Sequence record: SRR20825019_1763
Length of the DNA: 34,713 bases
Direction: 5' to 3' (one strand)
Shown: piece by piece, positions 19,177-28,225 of the stretch
Layout of the letters: each line of letters starts with the position of its first letter
Numbering within the stretch: the stretch's first letter is position 1
The notes under the pieces: model-generated
Told to the model about the DNA's origin: nothing
Databases searched by the model: none
What the model saw: the letters and a program-made list of their open reading frames with translations, nothing else
Program-made: the position numbers and the translations under genes

Positions 19177-19911
19177 TCATTTGGGCAGCCAGTTTTTTAT
19201 CTGCTGGATGACCCATTCAGGGTCGTCCATTGGCAGGTCATGGCCGGCGGACGAATGAACTTTCAGCGTCCATTGCCAACGCTGCTCAAACACCTTACTG
19301 CAGCTCCAATGGACAATACGGTCACCCTTGCTGGCGAGTACAAGTGCGTTCGGCAGAGGGCGTTGAGGCAGGGGTTTGTAGGCCATCGCCGCTTTCATCT
19401 GGGCATAGGCGTTGGCATAGCTGACTGGCCGCTGGCGCTGGATGCTGTACCAGTGTTTCATGACATCGAGGTCGACCGGTCGATTGCTCGTCAACCGCAG
19501 AATATCCACCTCACGATCGAACAGTTCCCGGCGCGTCAGGAGGCGAACGATACGAGGCCAGGCCCCCGGACGCATCCGTCGCCAGGGCAGGCTGAATCCG
19601 GAACTCGTGTTGATCAGCACCAGGTTCTGAATTTCACCCTCGGTGACATGCTGAGCCCAGTCCAGGGCGACCATCCCGCCCATGGACAAAGCGATGAGAT
19701 TGTATGGCGCTGGAATGTGACCAACACTGCGGCGAACCTTCTCCCGGATCTCCGCGATACGGTCAGGGCTGGAATCCTTGAAGTGCACGCCCGTGCCCGG
19801 AAGATCAACCAGATGAAACTGATGACCGGGAAAGGCTTCCTCAAGCCTGTGGGGAAAAGAACCCCAGTGTGACTGCTCCCGGGTCAGTCCGCGCAACAGA
19901 ATCCAGTGCAT
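19177..19911 (-). CDS. Alpha/beta hydrolase
   Basis: WILLRGLTRE..HW, DLPGTG, ALSMGG nucleophile elbow, and GHDL. Confidence 0.9.
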   Translation of the reverse strand: MHWILLRGLTREQSHWGSFPHRLEEAFPGHQFHLVDLPGTGVHFKDSSPDRIAEIREKVRRSVGHIPAPYNLIALSMGGMVALDWAQHVTEGEIQNLVLINTSSGFSLPWRRMRPGAWPRIVRLLTRRELFDREVDILRLTSNRPVDLDVMKHWYSIQRQRPVSYANAYAQMKAAMAYKPLPQRPLPNALVLASKGDRIVHWSCSKVFEQRWQWTLKVHSSAGHDLPMDDPEWVIQQIKNWLPK

Positions 19912-19913
19912 TG

Positions 19914-21014
19914 TCAGTGATGATCCCTGTACCAGTGGGCGATGGCGGCCTCCCTTAGCATGGACGCCTCATCCGAGTGCGGCAACCAGTTTTCGTGATG
20001 GGCGGCGGCGCTGACCAGGAAATCGATAAAGGTCAGGTGACTTCGCAGTACGCGCCGATGGCGATGGGGTACCAGCGGATTGAAAAAGCCGTCCAGTCGC
20101 AGCAACTGTCGTGGGCGCTTCTTGATCCATCGCCAGGAGCCCAGTTCCAGGGTAAGGGGAATAAAGGCGCCCTCACCGCTGCGGTTGATCTTCTTGTAGA
20201 AATAGTCCCACAGATCGCCGTGGGTCAGGTAATGACGGGACTGGGGCTCGAAGCGATAGTTGTGTTCCGGCCAGGCCTGCTCCCAGATCAGCTTCAATGC
20301 CATCACCGATTCGATCCGTCGCATGGGGCGACGACGGTAAGCATAGGGGAACCAGATCTGGTCCTGCCAGCCGAAACCGGAATGACAGTCCAGCGCGACA
20401 CTGAAAGGACGGCCTGGCAGGAGCTCCGAGATCACCGACTCAAGGGCCTGGTTCTCCGCTTCCATACCCTGCTCGGGATCACCAATGAACCACGGCAGGC
20501 GCGGGGAGAAGCGCTGCCCGCCCAACAGGAACGCACTGCGGTCCTGGGCGGTGATCGGTGCGTTGCGCATCAGGTCGACCCCGTTGGGATTGCTGCGCTG
20601 ATTCAGGTACATGCCGCCGGGGTTGAGGATGGGCAGCAGGGTAACCCGCACTTTTTTCAGCAGGGCCTGGAGATGCCCGTCCCAGGACATCCTTGCCAGC
20701 AGATTGCGCAACCAGGCCATGACGACTTCGCTGCCGATGCGTTCAAGACCGTGAACGCCACCCACCAGCATCACCACTGGCGCATCGGGTGCTTCGCTGC
20801 CGAGGTCTACCCGGTAGATCGGAAGGTCAATGTGTTTCAGCGCAACCCGAGAGAGCGTCTTCACAGTAACCTGTCCCGGCGCTTCCGCCAGCACACGCTC
20901 AAGACGAATCATCTCCGGCAGAAAGGTTCTGAGCAGATGGCGTTGGCGGCTATCCCGACGGGCCTGTTCGGCAGGAATAGCAGAATGGGGGGTCAGTTTG
21001 CGCAATTCGGTCAT
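19914..21014 (-). CDS. M14 family zinc carboxypeptidase-like protein
   Basis: GGVHGLE (HxxE), NPGG, NGVDLMRN, DCHSG and TLELG motifs; start MTELR after GGGAGAG. Confidence 0.88.
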   Translation of the reverse strand: MTELRKLTPHSAIPAEQARRDSRQRHLLRTFLPEMIRLERVLAEAPGQVTVKTLSRVALKHIDLPIYRVDLGSEAPDAPVVMLVGGVHGLERIGSEVVMAWLRNLLARMSWDGHLQALLKKVRVTLLPILNPGGMYLNQRSNPNGVDLMRNAPITAQDRSAFLLGGQRFSPRLPWFIGDPEQGMEAENQALESVISELLPGRPFSVALDCHSGFGWQDQIWFPYAYRRRPMRRIESVMALKLIWEQAWPEHNYRFEPQSRHYLTHGDLWDYFYKKINRSGEGAFIPLTLELGSWRWIKKRPRQLLRLDGFFNPLVPHRHRRVLRSHLTFIDFLVSAAAHHENWLPHSDEASMLREAAIAHWYRDHH

Positions 21015-21241
21015 GGGGCTCTCCCGTTTCAGACAACCCTTCAAACTACTGCTGAATTGCTTCAGTTCGTTGACACTGGGGCTCAAAACACCAGAAAGCA
21101 TGTGCATTTTCTGGCGACATTTTACATGAATGGCTTGTAACTCACGCTCAGGGCGTTACTCTAAAGATACGTAGTAACCGAGGTCACAACATTTGTCTTG
21201 CCCTCTGAAAACGCAGTATCAATACGGCGTCTTCACCTCTA

Positions 21242-21280
21242 GAGCGGTCTTCAGAACCGCTCCAGCGGATCTGTTTCCGC
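21242..21280 (+). promoter_or_regulatory. Two tandem hairpins in the 5' leader of the ABC transporter operon
   Basis: GAGCGGT-N7-ACCGCTC (21242-21262) and GCGGA-N6-TCCGC (21265-21280). Confidence 0.5.
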
Positions 21281-21311
21281 GTATTTTCAAAATCCATAAG
21301 GAGAACCAATC

Positions 21312-22280
21312 ATGCGAAAGCTAACGCCAGTCGCGCTGCTTTGCGCGATGTCCGTGCCTGCACTTGCTCAGGCCGATTGCGGTGAAGTTTCCATCACCGA
21401 AATGGGCTGGGCATCCAACACAGTTGTCACCAGCGTCGCCAAATTCATCATGGAGCAGGGGTACGGCTGTGATGTCACCGTGGTTCCCTCCGACACCGTC
21501 CCCGCTGTTACCTCGGTCGCCGAAAATGGTGAACCGGACATCGTTACAGAACTGTGGCTCAACTCCGCAGGTGAGGCCTACCTGGAACTGGAAGAACAGG
21601 GCAAGATCGAGCGCCTGACAAAAGTACTGGAGCCCGGTGGCGTTGAAGGCTGGTGGATTCCAACCTACCTGGCCGAGAAGCACCCCGAATTGACCACCAT
21701 CGAAGGTGTCATGGCTAATCCGGAACTGGTGGACAGCCGCTTTAATAACTGCCCGAGTGGCTGGGGCTGTCGTGTGGTCAGTGACAATCTGATCAGGGCG
21801 CTCGACCTGGAAAGCTCTGGCATTGAGGTGTTCAACCACGGTTCCGGTGAAACCCTGGCCTCGTCCATGGCCTCCGCCGTGCAGTCTGAAGAGCCCTGGT
21901 TTGGCTACTACTGGGGCCCCACTGTCCCACTCGGCAAGTTCGACATGACCCGCGTCGAACTGGGTGACTACAAGCCGGAGGTTCACACCCGCAACCAGAC
22001 CCAGGATGCTGACAACCCTGGCGTGTCTGAATTTCCTGCCGCTACCGTACTGACGTCCGTGACCACGGACTTCAAGGATCGTGAGCCGGAAGTCGCGGAA
22101 ATGCTCAGCAAGCTGACATTCAAGACCGACACCATGAGCGCCCTGTTGGCGTGGATGGATTCCAACAACGCGTCGGCAGAAGAAGCGGCCGTGTATTTCC
22201 TGAGCAACAACAGCGACGAGTGGTCAAGCTGGCTGAACGATTCGGCCAAGAAACGCCTGGCTTCGGTGCTGGGAGAGTAA
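21312..22280 (+). CDS. ProX/OpuAC-family (HisX-like) ABC substrate-binding protein
   Basis: Signal peptide; CG.V.I.EM.WAS, GYGC, ELW, EGWWIP, CPSGWGC and GYYWGP motifs; AAGGAG RBS. Confidence 0.9.
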   Translation: MRKLTPVALLCAMSVPALAQADCGEVSITEMGWASNTVVTSVAKFIMEQGYGCDVTVVPSDTVPAVTSVAENGEPDIVTELWLNSAGEAYLELEEQGKIERLTKVLEPGGVEGWWIPTYLAEKHPELTTIEGVMANPELVDSRFNNCPSGWGCRVVSDNLIRALDLESSGIEVFNHGSGETLASSMASAVQSEEPWFGYYWGPTVPLGKFDMTRVELGDYKPEVHTRNQTQDADNPGVSEFPAATVLTSVTTDFKDREPEVAEMLSKLTFKTDTMSALLAWMDSNNASAEEAAVYFLSNNSDEWSSWLNDSAKKRLASVLGE

Positions 22281-22295
22281 TCTCTCCACCTACCC

Positions 22296-22322
22296 TGACA
22301 GGGCCGTCTCCCGGCCCTGTCA
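22296..22322 (+). other. Intercistronic stem-loop after the SBP gene
   Basis: TGACAGGGCCG-tctcc-CGGCCCTGTCA, a perfect 11-bp stem with no U tract. Confidence 0.75.
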
Positions 22323-22384
22323 AACCGAACAGGCGAACTCACATTACCCATTTTCATCTGAACGCTTCTGGGAACTGACCGCAA

Positions 22385-23419
22385 ATGGCGACCTACGATT
22401 TCGTGTTTTCATCACTGGGTCTGGAAGACTGGTGCTCTGACGGCCAAAGTGATGCCCCCATGTCAATGGCGGCGTTGCTGCAAAAAACCAAAGGAACGGA
22501 CGCCGAAGCAGAGTCACTATGGGACCTGCCTTTTCCATCCATGGACGCGCTTAACGAGTCCTGTGCGGCCTTCCCCAAATCCAGGGAACTGACAAAAGGT
22601 CTTGAAGAGGGCTTCCTGTCCATCAAGGACAGTCTGAGTGTTGTTCTGGACCCTTTGACCCAACCACTAAGCTGGTTTCTGGACGGGACACTCTACGGCA
22701 TGCTGAACACGCCCTGGTGGATCGTGATACCGGCGCTGCTGGCCGTGGTGTTTGTCGTCACCAAATCCTGGAAACTGGTGGGATTTGTGGCGGGCAGCCT
22801 GGTTCTGCTGGCCTTTATTGACTACTACCAGTATGCGATGGAGACGCTGTCGATCATCTTTGTCTGCGCGTTCCTCTGTGTGCTGCTGGGCGTGCCCATC
22901 GGCATTGCCATGTCCCGCAGCGACATGATGCAGCGCCTGACCATTCCCGTGCTCGACATGCTGCAGACACTGCCGCCCTTTGTGTACCTGATTCCGCTGA
23001 TCTTTCTGTTCAGCGTGACCGAGTCCAAGCTCTACGGCATTGCCATCATCCTGTACGCCATTGTGCCGGTCATCCGTCTCACCAACCTGGGTATCCGCCT
23101 GGTGGACAAGGATGTAATCGAAGCCGCTGACGCCTTCGGGATGACCAGCCACCAGAAACTCTTCAAGGTCCAGATTCCACTGGCGCTGCCCAACATTATG
23201 GCGGGTGTAAACCAGACCATTATGATGAGCCTGGCCATGGTTGTTATCGCTTCCCTGGTGTCGGCACCGGGGCTCGGGGTGCTGGTGCTTCAGGGCATTC
23301 GCAACCTGGAGCTGGGTGTCGGGCTGGTTGCCGGCCTTGGCATCGTGATTCTGGCGGTGATCCTTGACCGGGTAACCAAGGCCTCACTGGCGCGCATCAA
23401 CGCCTCACAGAAACAGTAA
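22385..23419 (+). CDS. ProW-family ABC permease
   Basis: LDMLQTLPPFVYLIP, EAADAFG (EAA motif) and AGVNQTIMMSLAMVVIAS. Confidence 0.93.
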   Translation: MATYDFVFSSLGLEDWCSDGQSDAPMSMAALLQKTKGTDAEAESLWDLPFPSMDALNESCAAFPKSRELTKGLEEGFLSIKDSLSVVLDPLTQPLSWFLDGTLYGMLNTPWWIVIPALLAVVFVVTKSWKLVGFVAGSLVLLAFIDYYQYAMETLSIIFVCAFLCVLLGVPIGIAMSRSDMMQRLTIPVLDMLQTLPPFVYLIPLIFLFSVTESKLYGIAIILYAIVPVIRLTNLGIRLVDKDVIEAADAFGMTSHQKLFKVQIPLALPNIMAGVNQTIMMSLAMVVIASLVSAPGLGVLVLQGIRNLELGVGLVAGLGIVILAVILDRVTKASLARINASQKQ

Positions 23420-23430
23420 GGGAGCGAATC

Positions 23431-24489
23431 GTGGACCGGGATATCAAGATTTCCATCCGGAACCTCTACAAGATTTTCGGCCCCATTCCCGATGTCGCCC
23501 TGGCGTATGTCCGCCGGGGTATGGGAAAGGCCGAACTGCTGGAAAAGCACAACCACGTACTGGGTCTCCAGGATATCAACGTGGATATGCGAGAAGGCGA
23601 GATCACCGTCATCATGGGTCTGTCTGGCTCAGGCAAGTCCACGTTGATACGCCATCTCAACCGGCTGATCGAACCCACTGCCGGTGAGATCAAGGTGGAT
23701 GGCAAAAACGTACTCGCCTTCGACGAGGACGGATTGCGGAAGCTGCGGCGTGAACAAATGTCGATGGTTTTCCAGAAATTCGCCCTGCTTCCCCACAAGA
23801 CCGTGCTGGAGAACGCCGGCATGGCGCTGCTGGTAAGAGGCCATACGGTGCGGGACTTCGAGGACGAAGCCAAGAAATGGCTCGCCCGGGTGGGGCTGGA
23901 AGGCAACGAAAACCAATACCCGCACCAGCTATCCGGCGGTATGCAGCAGCGCGTGGGCATTGCCCGGGCACTCGCATCCAACTCGCCCGTGATGCTGATG
24001 GACGAGGCCTTCTCCGCTCTGGACCCGCTGATTCGCTCCGACATGCAGGACCTGCTGCTGGAGTTGCAGGAGGAACTGAAGAAAACCGTGGTGTTCATCA
24101 CCCACGATCTGGACGAGGCGCTAAAGCTGGCGGACCACCTGGTTATCCTCAAGGACGGACACATCGTCCAGCAGGGCGAACCCCAGGAAATTCTCATGCA
24201 TCCCAACGATCCGTACATTACGGATTTCATCAGCGACATCAATCGTGCACGGGTTCTGAGAGTGCGTTCCGTGATGGCAAAAACCACGGAACCCCCCGCT
24301 GACAGTGCCGGCGACATTTCCGATCGGGACAACCTGGAGTCGGTGATCGCAAGATCCGACGGCGATACCGACCTTGTCTATCGGGTGGTCAAAAAAGGCA
24401 ACCAGGTAGGCATTCTCGAGATGAAAGAACTGGTCAAGGCACTGGTGCCGGTCGATGCATCGGAAGGAGACAATCGCAGCCGTTACTGA
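23431..24489 (+). CDS. ProV-family ABC ATP-binding protein
   Basis: GLSGSGKS, LSGGMQQRVG, MDEAFSALDPLIR and FITHDLDEA motifs. Confidence 0.94.
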   Translation: MDRDIKISIRNLYKIFGPIPDVALAYVRRGMGKAELLEKHNHVLGLQDINVDMREGEITVIMGLSGSGKSTLIRHLNRLIEPTAGEIKVDGKNVLAFDEDGLRKLRREQMSMVFQKFALLPHKTVLENAGMALLVRGHTVRDFEDEAKKWLARVGLEGNENQYPHQLSGGMQQRVGIARALASNSPVMLMDEAFSALDPLIRSDMQDLLLELQEELKKTVVFITHDLDEALKLADHLVILKDGHIVQQGEPQEILMHPNDPYITDFISDINRARVLRVRSVMAKTTEPPADSAGDISDRDNLESVIARSDGDTDLVYRVVKKGNQVGILEMKELVKALVPVDASEGDNRSRY

Positions 24490-24593
24490 TCGGGGGCCAT
24501 CCCGGTGGAGGTGGGCTCCTGGATGACAGCAGCGTGACAGACGGGCTATTATAAATAGGTCGCCGTAGCTTCGCGGTGCCCCAGACAACGATC

Positions 24594-25460
24594 ATGCCCA
24601 GACTGGCAGTGGCTCTACTAACCGTACTCCTGTTGCACGGCTGCTCACCTCCTCCTGACGAAGAGAGCCCTTCTTCAGACGTCGACACGCAGACGCCAAC
24701 CAATGAGGCCCTGTCCGCTGCCCTTTCCAATACGACTCCCCGGCCCCGGACGATCGTTATCGCATCCGATCCCTGGTGCCCCCATAACTGCGAAGCGGGG
24801 AGCGATCGCGAGGGCTACATGGTGGACATTGCCCGCGAGGTCCTTGGCGAAGCCGGCTATACCGTGGAGTACGTCAACGTTAGCTGGGCACGGGCGCTGC
24901 AATTAACGCGTGAAGGTCAACTGGACGCAGTGGTCGGTGCCTTCACAACCGATGCCCCGGATTTCGTGTTTCCAGACACCCCCCAGGGGCGCTCAGCCAT
25001 TGCGCTGTTTACCCACCCTGACAACCGCTGGGTATATGACGGGCTGGCGTCGCTCCATAACCAGAAGCTGCTGGTCATCAATGGGTACTCCTATACCGAT
25101 GAGCTGGACCAGTACATTGAGGAGCATCAGGCCAACCCGGAACGAATCTGGGTGATCGCGGGGCCGTCACCCCTTGATCGGGCCATCTACCTGCTGGACC
25201 AACACCGTACTGACATTTTTGCGGAAGATATCTACGTGATGGCCTGGTGGGAAATGAACAACAACGACACTGTCCCCGCGCCACGGCAAGCAGGGTTGGT
25301 CGACGAAATCGATGCCTTCGTCGCGTTTTCCCCGGTACGGGAAGACGCAAAAGAACTTGCGAAACTCTTAACGGAAGGCACCCGACAACTCATGGACAGC
25401 GGCCGGGTACAGCAGATCCTGGACCAGTACGGACTCAGTCTGTGGACTGAAATGCCCTGA
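24594..25460 (+). CDS. Family 3 extracellular solute-binding lipoprotein (orphan)
   Basis: Lipobox LHGC; ASDPWCPHNC...GYMVDI, WARAL and final G....IL..YGL. Confidence 0.85.
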   Translation: MPRLAVALLTVLLLHGCSPPPDEESPSSDVDTQTPTNEALSAALSNTTPRPRTIVIASDPWCPHNCEAGSDREGYMVDIAREVLGEAGYTVEYVNVSWARALQLTREGQLDAVVGAFTTDAPDFVFPDTPQGRSAIALFTHPDNRWVYDGLASLHNQKLLVINGYSYTDELDQYIEEHQANPERIWVIAGPSPLDRAIYLLDQHRTDIFAEDIYVMAWWEMNNNDTVPAPRQAGLVDEIDAFVAFSPVREDAKELAKLLTEGTRQLMDSGRVQQILDQYGLSLWTEMP

Positions 25461-26211
25461 TCAGACGTCCATCTCCGGTCACCAGCAGCAACTCACCGTG
25501 CCGGCCAATGTCGAAGCGTCGAACCTCACCCAACAGCGACAGGAATCGGTCTTCCTGGTTCATCAGCGCCGGGGCACAAGCCTTTTTGGTGGACGCCATA
25601 CGGGTAAACTCAAGGCCCTCGCCAGTCAGGTTCCATCCGCCGCTGAACTGATTGCAGGACGCACGCCCGGAAACACGCTGGTCCTCCTGAAAGTTCAGTG
25701 TGACCCGGGAGCTGTCAACAATGCCGCGACCTCCGATATCCTCAACAACCCATTCAGGCCCCAGAAGCAACTCTTCGGGGTCACCCCCGCAGCCGCTGGT
25801 TGCCTCGCCGTTTATGGCAAGACGAACCTGGCGGGGATAAGGCATGCCAGACATGGAGTCGCGACATAACTGGCTGGCCGCTTTGAGCTCAATCCGAATG
25901 CCATCGGCCTCAGCGCGAAAAGTCCGCTCGGTGGGGCTTTGCTCAACCATGTCATAACGCAATGCGACCGGCTCCACACCCATTCGCTCCACCTCCAGTT
26001 GCCCTGGCTCGACGATCACCCGCCAGAACGGTTCATTCCCCCGGGCAACAAAAGGCTGCTCAATGGGTCCCGGGGCAAAACACGGCGGCAGCGCCTGGCT
26101 ACAGGCCTTGACCGCTTCCTCCTGACTACGCTCACCAGGGCCAGACGCGCAGCCGGCAATGAGTCCAAGCATGACCAACGTCAGCGGCCACAACGCAGCG
26201 ATTCCTTTCAT
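25435..26211 (-). CDS. Lipoprotein with COG3650-like domain and META (HslJ) domain
   Basis: Lipobox IAGC; ARGNEPFW...C.D.MSG..YP...GCG; META pattern G.ASCN.F.G...ST.KAC...M.QE. Confidence 0.88.
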   Translation of the reverse strand: MKGIAALWPLTLVMLGLIAGCASGPGERSQEEAVKACSQALPPCFAPGPIEQPFVARGNEPFWRVIVEPGQLEVERMGVEPVALRYDMVEQSPTERTFRAEADGIRIELKAASQLCRDSMSGMPYPRQVRLAINGEATSGCGGDPEELLLGPEWVVEDIGGRGIVDSSRVTLNFQEDQRVSGRASCNQFSGGWNLTGEGLEFTRMASTKKACAPALMNQEDRFLSLLGEVRRFDIGRHGELLLVTGDGRLIRAFQSTD

Positions 26212-26350
26212 TGTTTATTCCTCATTCCCTGTGGTTGTAACAGTTGCAGATTATCCATGATGGCTGCCGATTTTAAAGCAGAGCCGTTACCATTTCCTGC
26301 CTTAAAGCATTACGCTTAGGCCATCAAAACACCCGGGAGTATTCCACGTC

Positions 26351-27088
26351 ATGGCGATAAAACTCTACCAGTTTGCTATTTCACACTACTGCGAAAAGGC
26401 TCGCTGGGCCCTGGATCACAAAGGTCTGAGCTACGAAGCCATCAGCCTTCTGCCCGGCCAGCACATCAACACCATCCGCAAACTGACGGGCGCTGATTCA
26501 TCGGTACCGGTACTGGACCATAACGGTCACCGGGTTCAGGGATCGAAAGCCATCATTGACTATCTGGACGACACGTTTCCCGAGAACCCGCTGACGCCGA
26601 CCGACCCGCAGGCCCGCGAGGCCGCGCTGTCCTGGGAGCAGCGGCTGGACGACGAAGCCGGCCCCAGCGTGCGCTGTTACTCCTACCACCACTTCCTGCA
26701 ACGCCCCAAGGTGGTCGTTCCCATGCTGGCTGCGGGCACGCCCTTCTACAATCGGATTCTACTGAGACTGGCCTTTAGCCGGGTGGACGAGGTCATGCGC
26801 AAATGGATGAAGATCAACGAGAAAACCGCCGCGCAGTCGCGGGAAACCATGGAGCGCTACCTGACCGAACTGGCGAATGCCTACCAGGAGAAGCCCTACC
26901 TGGCTGGAGACAGCTTTTCCCGCGCCGACCTCGCCGCGGCCTCCTTGTTCGCACCCATGTTCCAGCCCGGCCAATACCCGGTGCCCTGGCCCAAACCGGC
27001 GAAAATCCCCAAAGACATCCAGGCCTGGTTGGATCAATGGCAGCCACAGATCCACACGCTGGAAAAGGTCTATGCTGCTAATCGCTGA
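26351..27088 (+). CDS. Glutathione S-transferase family protein
   Basis: LYQFAISHYCEKARWALDHK, VPVL, S..IIDYLD and YLAGD.FS.ADL motifs. Confidence 0.92.
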   Translation: MAIKLYQFAISHYCEKARWALDHKGLSYEAISLLPGQHINTIRKLTGADSSVPVLDHNGHRVQGSKAIIDYLDDTFPENPLTPTDPQAREAALSWEQRLDDEAGPSVRCYSYHHFLQRPKVVVPMLAAGTPFYNRILLRLAFSRVDEVMRKWMKINEKTAAQSRETMERYLTELANAYQEKPYLAGDSFSRADLAAASLFAPMFQPGQYPVPWPKPAKIPKDIQAWLDQWQPQIHTLEKVYAANR

Positions 27089-28091
27089 GCCACTGACGGC
27101 GCTCTCGGCCGGGTGAATTGCCGGTCCAGCGGCGGTAGGCCCGGGTAAAAGCACTTTGCTCGGAAAAGCCCAACAGCAGAGCAATGTCGGTCAGCGTCAG
27201 TGAGGTGTCGTCCAGGTACTGTCGCGCCAGCTGTTCCCGGTTCCGATCGAGCCACTGCTGCCAGCTCAACTGATACCGGGCCAGGCGTCGCTGTAGCGTT
27301 CGCGGTGACATGTGCATGGCATGGGCTGCACGCGCAAGGGTGGGCTCGCCATCAGACAACAGTTTCAGCAGTACCTGCTGTAGCTGGCGATCAATGCCCG
27401 AGCCCGCCTGTGACGCCTCCGGCAACGCCCGCAGCAGGGCACGGGCCTGCCGGTCCAGCAACTCGCGAAGTGTCGGGTCTCGCCGGGGCATGGGCAGGCT
27501 GAGGTAATGCAGCGGAAACCGGACTCGCACATGGCTGTCGCTCCAGGTCACCGGGCAGCCAAAAAACCGTTCGTATTCCCTGGCCGCCTCAGCACTGACG
27601 TCACCCAGAAAACTCACTAGCGAGGGCGGAGGGGGCTGATCAATCTGGCGACGCATAAAGGTCACCAATGCTGCAATTGCAGCGCCGTCCGCCTGCTGGC
27701 CAAGCTCATTCTCCGAGGGCGGCCAGCGCATTTCCGCCTGATCGCCGACGACCTCGATTTCCGCCAGGCTGGCACCATAAAACAGGGTTTCGTAGCGCTG
27801 GTAGGCCAGCATGGCCTCGCCGAGGGTGTCGGACGCCAGCACCAGATAGCCGAGCACACCCACATGGGCAGGACGCACACAGGCCCCCACCTTTAGCTCG
27901 GGAGCGGCATACTGAGGCGCCAGAGCCAGTCCCTGCGCCAGCAGGTCACGCCACACCGGCACCGGTACGTTGTCTTCCGACGCCCAGCGCGCCAGCGCTA
28001 TCCTGACCGGGGCATTCTCCAGTCCCTCCTGTTCAAGCCAGTCCGATAGCAGTCCCGTCCAGGCACCGGTTACCCGCATTACCTTGGCCAT
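27078..28091 (-). CDS. AraC-family regulator (Arabinose_bd_2-type sensor domain)
   Basis: GVLGYL...S.TLGEA, FFGCPV, MSPRTLQRRL and IALLLGFSEQSAFTRAYRRWTG motifs. Confidence 0.94.
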   Translation of the reverse strand: MAKVMRVTGAWTGLLSDWLEQEGLENAPVRIALARWASEDNVPVPVWRDLLAQGLALAPQYAAPELKVGACVRPAHVGVLGYLVLASDTLGEAMLAYQRYETLFYGASLAEIEVVGDQAEMRWPPSENELGQQADGAAIAALVTFMRRQIDQPPPPSLVSFLGDVSAEAAREYERFFGCPVTWSDSHVRVRFPLHYLSLPMPRRDPTLRELLDRQARALLRALPEASQAGSGIDRQLQQVLLKLLSDGEPTLARAAHAMHMSPRTLQRRLARYQLSWQQWLDRNREQLARQYLDDTSLTLTDIALLLGFSEQSAFTRAYRRWTGNSPGRERRQWLSD

Positions 28092-28127
28092 GGTTCACCG
28101 TCCTCCACGCGCTGCGTCATTCATTGT

Positions 28128-28167
28128 TGGCACTAATCATCAATTTTGTGGCGCTTATTGTCAATTT
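28128..28167 (+). promoter_or_regulatory. Candidate AraC-family operator (21-bp-period direct repeat)
   Basis: TGGCaCTaATcaTCAATTT (28128-28146) and TGGCgCTtATtgTCAATTT (28149-28167) between the divergent araC and hydroxylase genes. Confidence 0.7.
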
Positions 28168-28225
28168 ATGGCATCGCCATCGGCGCAGAATACAGTCACA
28201 CCTACAATCACAATACGGTTTCACC

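Noticed and set aside
19977-21140. Long antisense ORFs (387 aa here; also 2356-3426, 12918-13820, 15731-16795, 23466-24332, 33677-34462)
   Set aside because: These are shadows of well-supported genes on the opposite strand, expected from GC-rich codon bias, and carry no recognisable motifs.
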